Position numbers and translations under genes: made by a program. Of a stretch of DNA of 64,000 nt, positions 19,957 through 29,205 are shown one piece after another. How positions within the stretch are numbered: the stretch's first letter is position 1; the number at the start of each line of letters is the position of its first letter. The notes beneath the pieces were generated by a model that had not been told where the DNA came from, ran no database searches, and saw only the letters and a list, made by a program, of their open reading frames with translations. Origin of the DNA: Promethearchaeota archaeon (GTDB taxonomy: Archaea; Asgardarchaeota; Lokiarchaeia; Sigyniarchaeales; SOKP01); the NCBI GenBank assembly GCA_019057795.1, contig JAHLWS010000011.1:1-64000 (forward strand). The letters are read 5' to 3'.

Positions 19957-21645
19957 TTATGGGGCGTCCCAGCCTCCATTTATTCTAGCATTATCGATAT
20001 CTGCTTGAATACGCTCTCTTAAAGTCACATAATCTGTTTTTGCTACACGATTTAAAGGAAATTCGTCAAGAAAAACAACCAGTGAAGGTCTTTTAAACGC
20101 GGCCATTCCTTTACAATGTTTCATAACTTGTTTTTCTGTTAACTTTTCTCCTTCCTTCAATTTAATGTATGCAACGATACCTTCTGAAAAAACCTCATGT
20201 TTTGCTCCTATAACGCCAACAAACTCAATTTGTGGTAATTCTCCGATAAAAACCTCTACTTCAGGTGGGAAAACTTGATATCCTTTTGGTTTAATAAGAA
20301 ATTTTCTCCGACCTGCTAGATGGAGCCAATCTTTATTATCCTTAAACCCCATATCCCCTGTGTATAATATTCCATCGATAGAAATGGTATTTCGAGTAGC
20401 TTCTTCATTGTTAAAGTATCCCACAAATAATTGTGGTCCAGAATAACAAATCTCTCCAATTTCACCATTAGCCAATTCTTCTCCTGCTGTTCCATCTTCT
20501 TTCATTTGACTTCGAATTGTAAGAGGTGTTATGGGATAATCGTGTCCTAAGCTTTCTAAAATATCGTCAACTGTACCATCTAAAGGAGTATAACTGCAAA
20601 AACCAGAGACTTCGGTTAAACCTAGACCAGATCCAAATTTAGGCGCCATGCTCGAAAGTTTTTCTAGAAATGGACGGTCAACTGACTGTCCTCCATAAAT
20701 AGCATATTTTAACGAACTCAGATCGTAGTTATTGTAATTTGGTAATCGCCATTCCATAACGAACAATGCAGGTATTTGACCAAAAATCGTGACTTTATAT
20801 TTTTGAATGGCGTCCAGAGTATTTGCGGGATTAAAGATATGTAAAACAACACATGTGCCTCCTTTAAACAAAGTCGTCATAAGTTGCTCGGTGGTTCCGC
20901 CTACATGAGAGGGTGGAAGGTTAACAAGCATGAGATCATCATCTTCTACATGAATCCCTTTGGCTAAGCACAAATTTTGGCAAGTAATACCTATATTTGT
21001 TATCATTGCTGGTTTTGGAAATCCAGTGCTTCCAGTTGTAAAAATTATTAAAATAGGATCTTTATCGTCAACCTTAGAACATTCTTCCAAAAAATCCTTC
21101 ATAGTATCTGGATTTTTAATTGCTTCTATATATTCATTTTTTGCTTCCTCTGCAATTTGAAAAGCAGGAATAATTCCATTCCGATACTTATCATCCGGGG
21201 TGCTAAACTGCACGACATATTTTAACCATGTAATTTCTTTTTTAATAGCTGCTCCAATCATTCCAAAATTTGCCGCTGATGTTTTTCCTAAATGGCAATA
21301 CATTTTTGCTTTCTCTTTTAACAATTCCAAATTTCTCATGATTTCTGTTGGCTTTAAGCGTAAGTCTAAAGGAGTCCACATTACCCCGAGCTTAGCGCAA
21401 GCGTAACCTAATACAATATGTTCATAGAGAAAAGGTAAAGATGTTACGAGTATATCTCCTTTTCTAAATCCCATATTATATAGTTTTAACGCCATTGCCA
21501 TGATATTAACATTAAATTCTTTGTAAGTAACTTGTTTTTCAGTATCATATATAATTAAAGCTATTTTATCTGGAGTTTCTTTCGCCCATTTTTCGATTAC
21601 TCCACAAATAGTGTGAGGATATTTATTAAATTCTTCCCAAGACAT
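19957..21645 (-). CDS. Acyl-CoA synthetase (AMP-forming)
   Basis: FTTGSTGFPK, GLGLTE, YTGDMG, PLNRVAK motifs. Confidence 0.9.
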   Translation of the reverse strand: MSWEEFNKYPHTICGVIEKWAKETPDKIALIIYDTEKQVTYKEFNVNIMAMALKLYNMGFRKGDILVTSLPFLYEHIVLGYACAKLGVMWTPLDLRLKPTEIMRNLELLKEKAKMYCHLGKTSAANFGMIGAAIKKEITWLKYVVQFSTPDDKYRNGIIPAFQIAEEAKNEYIEAIKNPDTMKDFLEECSKVDDKDPILIIFTTGSTGFPKPAMITNIGITCQNLCLAKGIHVEDDDLMLVNLPPSHVGGTTEQLMTTLFKGGTCVVLHIFNPANTLDAIQKYKVTIFGQIPALFVMEWRLPNYNNYDLSSLKYAIYGGQSVDRPFLEKLSSMAPKFGSGLGLTEVSGFCSYTPLDGTVDDILESLGHDYPITPLTIRSQMKEDGTAGEELANGEIGEICYSGPQLFVGYFNNEEATRNTISIDGILYTGDMGFKDNKDWLHLAGRRKFLIKPKGYQVFPPEVEVFIGELPQIEFVGVIGAKHEVFSEGIVAYIKLKEGEKLTEKQVMKHCKGMAAFKRPSLVVFLDEFPLNRVAKTDYVTLRERIQADIDNARINGGWDAP

Positions 21646-21792
21646 TTATTATCATTTCTCATTTATATTTCAAGATATAATAATATAATTTTAGTTCATT
21701 ATTGCTATAAAATTATTCTATTATTGAGAATAAAATTTGGCATACAATGCAAAAAGAAAGCTTTTTAGGTTAAATAGGAAGCATTATTTCGC

Positions 21793-22569
21793 CTATTCAA
21801 ATTTCTTTCGAAAATCTAAGATAAATTTTTTTTTATCTTCGTGTTCATACCACCCAGAAGCAATTTTTTCTATTTCATATGCATCCTTATAAGATTTATC
21901 AAGGAAATGATTGCTGCATAGTTTAATCGCGTTCAATACAGTTTGATTTTTTGAAAAGAGAAAACTCGCTTTTTTCATAGATTCTCCGATTAATTCCTCT
22001 CTACTATCTACAATCTCATCAATTAACCCGATTTCTAAAGCTTTTTCCGCGCTTACTTTTTCACCAAACATAAGCATCTTTTTCGTCCATGGAATCCCAA
22101 TAATCTTTGAAAATAATACTACACAACCGGTACCTGGGAAGATTCCAGAGAGTATTTCTGGCAATTGAAAAAAACTATCTTTAACAGCGATTCGATAATC
22201 GCAACATATTGAGAACACAACGCCTTCGCCCAGCGTTCTACCATTTATAGCACAAATAACCGGTTTTCCGTTAAATAACAATTTACAAATATCTGCAGCA
22301 GTACCTTCGAGATCTCTAACAGCTGCATGATCACTACCATCAATATCATCTAAATCCATTCCTGTGCTGAAAGAAGAGCCGCTGTTTGTTAAAATTAAAC
22401 CTCTAATTTTATCGTTGTTTTGGCAGTATTCAATCGCTTTTTTTAAATATCTTAATTGCTCAATAGTAAAAGCGTTCGATCGATGAACTCTATTGAGTGT
22501 AATCGTGCCAAACCTTTTTTTTACAGAAAAATCAATATTCTCTCCAAAATCTAAATTATTAATAGACAT
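21793..22569 (-). CDS. Enoyl-CoA hydratase/isomerase family protein
   Basis: FSTGMDL, KPVICAING, PE..G, ALEIGLID. Confidence 0.9.
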   Translation of the reverse strand: MSINNLDFGENIDFSVKKRFGTITLNRVHRSNAFTIEQLRYLKKAIEYCQNNDKIRGLILTNSGSSFSTGMDLDDIDGSDHAAVRDLEGTAADICKLLFNGKPVICAINGRTLGEGVVFSICCDYRIAVKDSFFQLPEILSGIFPGTGCVVLFSKIIGIPWTKKMLMFGEKVSAEKALEIGLIDEIVDSREELIGESMKKASFLFSKNQTVLNAIKLCSNHFLDKSYKDAYEIEKIASGWYEHEDKKKFILDFRKKFE

Positions 22570-22660
22570 AAATAAAATTTATTTTCTTTCAATAAAAAGT
22601 AATTATTATTAAAAATCCCCTCTAACTAATAATAAGAATAATTTTAAATAGCTGAATAAA

Positions 22661-23605
22661 ATGGAACTTGATAAAATAAAACGCATATTGGTTGTAGGTG
22701 CTGGCACGATGGGACACGCCATTGCACAAGTCTATGCTACTGCCGGGTTTGAAGTGGATCTTGTAGATTTAAATCAAGAGGTTCTTGATAATGCCATGAA
22801 TAAGATTAAATCAAACCTTTCTTTGTTGGTAGAGTATAAGCATGTAAAAAGTGGTGAAATTTCAAATATTTTGAATCGTATCCATCCATCTACCGATTTA
22901 AAAGTTGCTGCCCAAAATTGCGATTTAGTTTTAGAAGCAGTTTCTGAAGATCGTAACGTAAAGCGAGATGTTTTTTCTCAATTAAATGAATTCTGCTCTG
23001 AAGATATTATTTTAGCAAGCAATACTTCTGAATTAAATATATTCAACGTCGCAAAAGTTAAAAATCCGAAACGCTTGGTAATCCACCATTGGTTTCATCC
23101 GCCATACATTATTCCTTTAGTTGAAATAGTAGCTGGGCGTAAAACTTCTTCTGAAGTCATCGATATTTCGTTTAATCTTCTGAAGTCAATTGGTAAAAAA
23201 CCTCTAATCTTAAAAAAGTTCACGAATGCTTTTGTTGTTAATAAAATCCAGCAAGCAATTAATTCTGCGGTCTTTTCTCTTTTAATAAAAGGCATAGCTT
23301 CTCCAGAAGAAATTGACATGGCAATTAAGAACAGTTTAGGCGTACGTTTGCCGTTTGCTGGAGTAGTACAAAATCTTGATTTTGTAGGACTCGATGTTGT
23401 ATATGATATTATCAAGAATATGGGCGGCTTGGATCTCGTGCTACTTAGGGAGAAAGTGAAGAATGGGCAATTAGGTGCTAAAACATCAAAAGGTTTTTAC
23501 GATTACCAAGGTCGAACTGAAGAAGAAATCCTTACTAAGAGGGATAAACTCTATTTGCAAATGCTCGAATTTCTTAAACAAAAGAACGCATTTGAACCAA
23601 TTTAA
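22661..23605 (+). CDS. 3-hydroxyacyl-CoA dehydrogenase
   Basis: GAGTMG Rossmann motif, EAVSE, ASNTS, H.F.PP, D.VGLD, GAKTSKGFY. Confidence 0.92.
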   Translation: MELDKIKRILVVGAGTMGHAIAQVYATAGFEVDLVDLNQEVLDNAMNKIKSNLSLLVEYKHVKSGEISNILNRIHPSTDLKVAAQNCDLVLEAVSEDRNVKRDVFSQLNEFCSEDIILASNTSELNIFNVAKVKNPKRLVIHHWFHPPYIIPLVEIVAGRKTSSEVIDISFNLLKSIGKKPLILKKFTNAFVVNKIQQAINSAVFSLLIKGIASPEEIDMAIKNSLGVRLPFAGVVQNLDFVGLDVVYDIIKNMGGLDLVLLREKVKNGQLGAKTSKGFYDYQGRTEEEILTKRDKLYLQMLEFLKQKNAFEPI

Positions 23606-23667
23606 AGAAAAACAATAATTTTCACTTAATAAAAAAATTATAATATTGAAATTGTAATGAATTTAAA

Positions 23668-25785
23668 ATGCCTAAAACACTAGATGCTTTTATCGAGGAT
23701 AAAAATACCAATTTAATTAGAAAAAGGGATTTAAAAAGATCTTCAAATCTAAAAAAAGAATTCAATGAAATCAATCAACACCTTTATGCAAAATTAAAAC
23801 ACACGGAAACTGATACAAGAGCTCGTTCAAAAGAAATTTTAAAACTAATTTTATGTAAGTTAGTTGATGAAATAAGTAATTCTTTACCTAATTCTATCAT
23901 GTCGTTTAGCATTGGACAGGACGAAACAGAGAAAGAATTATTCGATCGGCTTCAGAAATTCTTTAAGGAGAATCTAAAAGATAAATATAAGAATCTCATT
24001 GATGAAAATGAAAGAATCAATTTAAACAAAGAGTTGGTCTTTTTAATTGTTGAAAAATTACAAAGAATATCTCTTCTTGAATCTTCTAAAGATGTTTTGG
24101 CCGATACTTTTGAGATATTTGTAAGTAGATTATTAAAAGAAGAAGGAGGGCAATTCTTTACTCCCGCGAGTATAATTAAATTTATGGTGCGCTATTTAAA
24201 TCCCGAAACGGATTCTAAGATTATAGATCCTGCGTGTGGACATGGTGGTTTTCTATTAGAATGCAAAGACCTCTTATGGTCAAAAATTGAACAGAAATAC
24301 GGAGCTCAAATAGATATTATAAAAAAAAAGGAAATAGAAGTTATATCCGATCTCTATGGAATTGATAAGGATTCATATCTAGCAAAAATCTGTAATTTAT
24401 ACCTAGATATAATAAGTCAGGGTAAATCTAATATATTTTGCGATGATTCTCTGGATCCTAATAACTATAGTAAAGAAACCTCAGATGCAATAAAAAATAA
24501 ACATTTCAATTTTGTGGTTACTAATCCCCCTTTTGGCGCAAAAATACCCGTTGATAATAAGGAACTTTTAAAAAAGTATGCTTTAGCACATAAGTGGGAC
24601 TATAAAGATAATTTATGGGTTAAGCAAAATAAGTTAGTTAAAAAGCAACCACCTCAGATTCTATTTATAGAAAGATGTGTACAACTATTAAAAGACGGTG
24701 GAAAATTAGGAATTGTTTTACCAGAAGGCCTTTTTGGAAATCCTTCAAATAGATATATCTGGGAGTATTTACGGAGTAAAGGTAAGATAATAGGAATTAT
24801 TAGTTTAGATCAGAACACATTTCAGCCTTACACTTGTAATAAAACTAGTATTCTCTTCTTTCAAAAATTAAAAAATATTCCCAAGAATTATAAAATTGAT
24901 TTTGGAATTGTTGACAATGTTGGCCACGATAAAGATGGAAAAGTTTTGTATAAATTAAATAAGGATGGCAGTAGAAAATATGATAAGAGTAAAAATCCGA
25001 TTGTCAATAATGAATTAATTAATTTACACCTTAAAATTAATGAAAGTGCTGAATTCAGCTACTTAGAAGACCAAAAAGTTTTCAAATTAAGTTTAAATCA
25101 GATAAAAAACAATATATTCATACCTAACTATTACACAGGCGTAGAAAAAACTCTTAAATCTTTAGAAAATAATAAGGACTTTCAATTGGTATCTATAGGT
25201 GGATTAGTTAAAAAAGGAATAATCTACACAAAAAATAAAGGATACTTACCAAGAGGAGACGAAATTGGCTCACATGTTTATGGTTTAGGCGATATTCCGT
25301 TTATCCGAACTAGCGAAATTAATAATTGGGAAGTCGATCTAAATTCACATAAAAAGACTTCCAACGAAGTATACGACCAATTTAAAGATAAACAGAATAT
25401 TGAAATTGGAGACATTCTGTTAGTAAAGGATGGCGGTCCAAATCTAATTGGAAATACGGCATTTATTACTGAGTTAGATACAAGAATTATTATCCAGAGC
25501 CACATATTTCAGATAAAAACTCTTAAAAATAACGAGAATATTGATTCTTACCTTTTATTATACCTTCTAAATCTTGACATTGTTCAAAAGCAAATAAAAG
25601 CAATAACCTTCGTTCAAGGCACTATTGCTACAATTGGTAATAGAATAATGGATGTAATTTTGCCAATTCCCTCTGAGATTAATAAAAACAAGGAAATTTC
25701 AAAATATATTAAAGAAATTATTGATAATAAAACAGAAATAAGAAAGAAAATAAATAGACTCTCTATTAACTATTTCAGTGATTAA
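23668..25785 (+). CDS. N6-adenine DNA methyltransferase fused to an HsdS-like target recognition domain; no nuclease seen
   Basis: GQFFTP, DPACGHGGFL (motif I), NPPFG (motif IV), LGIVLPEG; C-terminal IPFIRTSEI...GDILLVKDG..IG TRD. Confidence 0.85.
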   Translation: MPKTLDAFIEDKNTNLIRKRDLKRSSNLKKEFNEINQHLYAKLKHTETDTRARSKEILKLILCKLVDEISNSLPNSIMSFSIGQDETEKELFDRLQKFFKENLKDKYKNLIDENERINLNKELVFLIVEKLQRISLLESSKDVLADTFEIFVSRLLKEEGGQFFTPASIIKFMVRYLNPETDSKIIDPACGHGGFLLECKDLLWSKIEQKYGAQIDIIKKKEIEVISDLYGIDKDSYLAKICNLYLDIISQGKSNIFCDDSLDPNNYSKETSDAIKNKHFNFVVTNPPFGAKIPVDNKELLKKYALAHKWDYKDNLWVKQNKLVKKQPPQILFIERCVQLLKDGGKLGIVLPEGLFGNPSNRYIWEYLRSKGKIIGIISLDQNTFQPYTCNKTSILFFQKLKNIPKNYKIDFGIVDNVGHDKDGKVLYKLNKDGSRKYDKSKNPIVNNELINLHLKINESAEFSYLEDQKVFKLSLNQIKNNIFIPNYYTGVEKTLKSLENNKDFQLVSIGGLVKKGIIYTKNKGYLPRGDEIGSHVYGLGDIPFIRTSEINNWEVDLNSHKKTSNEVYDQFKDKQNIEIGDILLVKDGGPNLIGNTAFITELDTRIIIQSHIFQIKTLKNNENIDSYLLLYLLNLDIVQKQIKAITFVQGTIATIGNRIMDVILPIPSEINKNKEISKYIKEIIDNKTEIRKKINRLSINYFSD

Positions 25786-26230
25786 AATGAAGATAGAACT
25801 TTTTACTATGCGATACTACCACGAAATTATTGATCTTTGGAAAAGAACAGGAATAGAAATAAGCTCATCAGACACACGAGACGAGATAGCAAGGATTCTA
25901 AAACGAAACCCTGATCTATTTTTAATTGGTAAGGAAAACGAAAAAGTTATAGCCGTAGTAATGGGGGCTTTTGATGGAAGAAGGGGTTATGTGCACCATC
26001 TTGCTATAGATCCAGATTATCAAAAAAAAAAGTATGGCAAAATGATGATGGACGAATTAATTGAGAAGTTTCAAATAAAAAAAGTACACAAAGTTCACTT
26101 ATTTATCGAGAAAAATAATAAAGAAGTAGTAGATTTTTATAGGAAATTAGGATGGGAAGTTAGAGATGATTTAATTATGATGAGCTTTGTCCCGGATAAA
26201 AGATTATATAAAAGAGACATTGAAATTTAA
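25778..26230 (+). CDS. GNAT acetyltransferase (YpeA-like)
   Basis: DGRRGYVHHLAIDPDYQKKKYG and N..VVDFYRKLGW. Confidence 0.9.
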   Translation: MIKMKIELFTMRYYHEIIDLWKRTGIEISSSDTRDEIARILKRNPDLFLIGKENEKVIAVVMGAFDGRRGYVHHLAIDPDYQKKKYGKMMMDELIEKFQIKKVHKVHLFIEKNNKEVVDFYRKLGWEVRDDLIMMSFVPDKRLYKRDIEI

Positions 26231-26474
26231 AATTTCTATTTTTTAACCATCATCATACTTTTTTTTAGATTATAATACATAAGTTTTCTTATTTCCTTTT
26301 TTATCGTAGATGAAAAATAAATTATCCAGACTTGTTTGAACTTATTGATAAATACACATAAATAGTTAAAAAAGAGGAGAAATAAAAGCTAAACTCCTTA
26401 ATTTTTTTTTACTTTATTTATAGTTAAATAGAAATCTAAGAAAAGTTTAAATATTTTGACGAAAATGTTAGTAT

Positions 26475-26999
26475 ATGAATGAAACTGCTGATTTACCATG
26501 GACTAAAAAAGATATTTGGCTAAATCTAATTGCGATAATTGTTTTAATGGGATTAGCTACCTATATGATTTTTGTAAAATCTTGGGTATTGTTGATTATT
26601 TATTGGTTAATTTGGATTCTTTATTTTACTGTTGGTCGATATGTCACCTGCCATCATTGTGATTTTTTAGGTAAAGCTTGTTGTTCTTGGTGTATGGGGA
26701 AAATAGGAGGTAAACTATATAAACGCTCAGAAAAAAAAAATTTTGTAGAAAACGGAATGTGGAAAGTTTTTGTTTTTGCGTTATCGTTCTTGTTTATTGC
26801 CGAGCTTTTACCCATTATTCTGTATTTATATGAATTATTCACTAATGGTCTTAATCTTCTTGATTGGTTGCTGTTAATCATATATTTTATAATATTTATA
26901 GTTATGAATGCGATTCATTTAACTTTTGGATGTAACAGATGCCCTACTGTAGATTGCCCTTTTAATAGAAAAAAGAAAAAAACGGGATCGGTGCAATAA
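26475..26999 (+). CDS. Four-TM membrane protein with Cys clusters
   Basis: CHHC...GKACC and CNRC....CP motifs flanking TM pairs. Confidence 0.7.
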   Translation: MNETADLPWTKKDIWLNLIAIIVLMGLATYMIFVKSWVLLIIYWLIWILYFTVGRYVTCHHCDFLGKACCSWCMGKIGGKLYKRSEKKNFVENGMWKVFVFALSFLFIAELLPIILYLYELFTNGLNLLDWLLLIIYFIIFIVMNAIHLTFGCNRCPTVDCPFNRKKKKTGSVQ

Positions 27000-27058
27000 C
27001 TAACGAGAATTAATTGATAACTCTTTCTATATATAATTATTCAATTATATATATTTCT

Positions 27059-27142
27059 TTCAAATACCCTCGAATAATTGAAATCATACCAGAGTTGCCA
27101 AAATCCGTAGTGGGTAAAATTTTAAGAAGAGAACTTCGATAA
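27059..27142 (+). pseudogene. 3'-end remnant of an acyl-CoA ligase gene
   Basis: Translates FKYPRIIEIIPELPKSVVGKILRRELR*; compare YEIPKIWEFREELPLTMVGKILKKALR at the end of 52447-54156. Confidence 0.8.
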
Positions 27143-27211
27143 TAATTAAAAAAACATATTTTATTCCTTCTTTTTCGTCAATATTAGATAATAAAAAAAA
27201 AAGATTAATTT

Positions 27212-28243
27212 TTAAACAGAAATTTCTCTTTTCTTCAGACTCAATATACCAAACAGTAAAAGTAAAGCAGCAATTAAAATCCAAATTAATAAAGAAAACA
27301 CTGGTAAATAATAATTAGTTTTTTCTAAACCTCCAAGATTTATATTCTGATCTGGATCTATTGTTGAAGTCATACTATATACTCCTGTTATCGTTGCAAA
27401 CCACGTTTGCCAACTTATAGAAGGTGGAACGGCATTCAATGTTTCAACGAATAAAATAAACACATTTCCTAAATGGTAACCAAGATCAAAATGATATAAT
27501 TGAAATATGACATAGAATTGACCAGTTAATGTTCTAATTAGAAAAAATGCGATATAAGAAATTATAGTAATAAAAATTATCAATATCGATGCTGATCTTG
27601 CCTTTTTGAATATTGAGGAAAATGCCATTGTTATACTAGTAAATAGAAACAATATAAATAAGCTATAGATATATAGAGCAGTCAAGAATGGTATTAAACT
27701 AATAAAATGATCAATATTACCGGATTTTGCAAATACTCCGATCCATCCTATCAGAAAAATAGAAAAAAAACTTAAAAGCATTCCGTAGAGATATACTGCC
27801 ATATATTTACCAATAAATATTTTTATTCGGCTGATAGGTTTACTTATTAATAGCAACATTGTTCCTGATTTAACTTCTTCAGCAATAAGAGCTGCTCCAG
27901 AAGTTCCAATAATTATAGTGTAAACCAAACCTAAGGTCCAAAAAAATGCAGGGAAGATTAAGGCAAAACCGATTATTGTAGCAGCATGATCAGGTGATAT
28001 CAAACCAAAATCTACCGGTGTTGGAAGTATAACAAAAATCAATGGAAATATTAATATTGCAATCAACGTTATAATGATTTTTTTTAAAGAAGTTATATCT
28101 AGAAATGTCTTCTTTATTATAATTGCTGTTCTCTTGAAAATATTCTTAGAAAGCCAAGTCTTTACAGGTTGTATTACTTTTAAGTTCAATTTCTCAAAAC
28201 TAGATTTTATCTTTCCCGCTGTGTTTTCAATCTTGTTTTTCAT
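27212..28243 (-). CDS. ABC-2 type transporter permease
   Basis: IAEEVKSGTMLLLISKPISR..IFIGKY motif; 6+ TM helices; C-terminal KKREI. Confidence 0.88.
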   Translation of the reverse strand: MKNKIENTAGKIKSSFEKLNLKVIQPVKTWLSKNIFKRTAIIIKKTFLDITSLKKIIITLIAILIFPLIFVILPTPVDFGLISPDHAATIIGFALIFPAFFWTLGLVYTIIIGTSGAALIAEEVKSGTMLLLISKPISRIKIFIGKYMAVYLYGMLLSFFSIFLIGWIGVFAKSGNIDHFISLIPFLTALYIYSLFILFLFTSITMAFSSIFKKARSASILIIFITIISYIAFFLIRTLTGQFYVIFQLYHFDLGYHLGNVFILFVETLNAVPPSISWQTWFATITGVYSMTSTIDPDQNINLGGLEKTNYYLPVFSLLIWILIAALLLLFGILSLKKREISV

Positions 28244-29205
28244 TTTTTGTTCCCCCTCTCTTTTGTCATAATTTCCATAAAAATATCTTGTAATGATAAT
28301 TCAGGTTGATAAAAACTATATAATTTAGCCTTATTCTTAAGTAGCATCTGAGGTAAGCTATCACGAAGCTTTTCAGCATCTTTAGGAATAATATGAATTT
28401 TTCCATCTATATCATCAATACGAGCTTTTAAGATATACTTTTTATCCTCCAATTGACTTACGAATTTTTTGTTCATATTAGTATCTAAAATATATAAATT
28501 GCTTATAAAGCTCTTTTTAATATTACTGATAGAATCCGAAATTACAATCTTACCATTATCTATCATTGTTACATCCTCACACATTTGCTCAATTTCAGAT
28601 AAAATATGACTTGAAACAAACACACTTACTCTATCTGATAATTCTTTTATTTTTTTAACCACATCAGCTCTTCCTATTGGATCTAAGTTAGCTGTAGGCT
28701 CATCAAGGATTAACACTTTAGGTTCATGTATTAAGGATGCCGCAATACCGACTTTTTGTTTCTCTCCTCCAGAATAGGTGCCTATCTCTCTGTTCCTAGC
28801 ATGAAAAAGATTAAAAAACTCTAGAAGTTGTTGAGCCTTTAATCTAGCTTCTTTTTTTTGCAATCCTCCTAATTGTCCCATATATATTAAATATTCTTCT
28901 CCAGTCATATCTTCATAAAAAACAGGATCTTGGGGTAAAAAACCAATCAATTGTTTAGCTGCAACTGAACCTGCTTTTAGATCTCTTATTTTAGCACCCC
29001 CCTCAGTTATAGAAATAGCCCCAACCAACATACTAATCGTAGTAGTTTTTCCAGCTCCATTTGGACCTAAGAATCCATGAATTCCTGGTTTCACTCGAAG
29101 ATCAATCTTTGATACAGCCTCTATTGCTTCATTTCCTTTTCCATAGATTTTTGTTAATTTATCACTCCAAATTTCATGATTAGTTTTTGAATCTTTCTTG
29201 ATCAT
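28240..29205 (-). CDS. ABC-2 type transporter ATP-binding protein
   Basis: GPNGAGKT, YSGGE, LILDEPT, SSH. Confidence 0.93.
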   Translation of the reverse strand: MIKKDSKTNHEIWSDKLTKIYGKGNEAIEAVSKIDLRVKPGIHGFLGPNGAGKTTTISMLVGAISITEGGAKIRDLKAGSVAAKQLIGFLPQDPVFYEDMTGEEYLIYMGQLGGLQKKEARLKAQQLLEFFNLFHARNREIGTYSGGEKQKVGIAASLIHEPKVLILDEPTANLDPIGRADVVKKIKELSDRVSVFVSSHILSEIEQMCEDVTMIDNGKIVISDSISNIKKSFISNLYILDTNMNKKFVSQLEDKKYILKARIDDIDGKIHIIPKDAEKLRDSLPQMLLKNKAKLYSFYQPELSLQDIFMEIMTKERGNKK

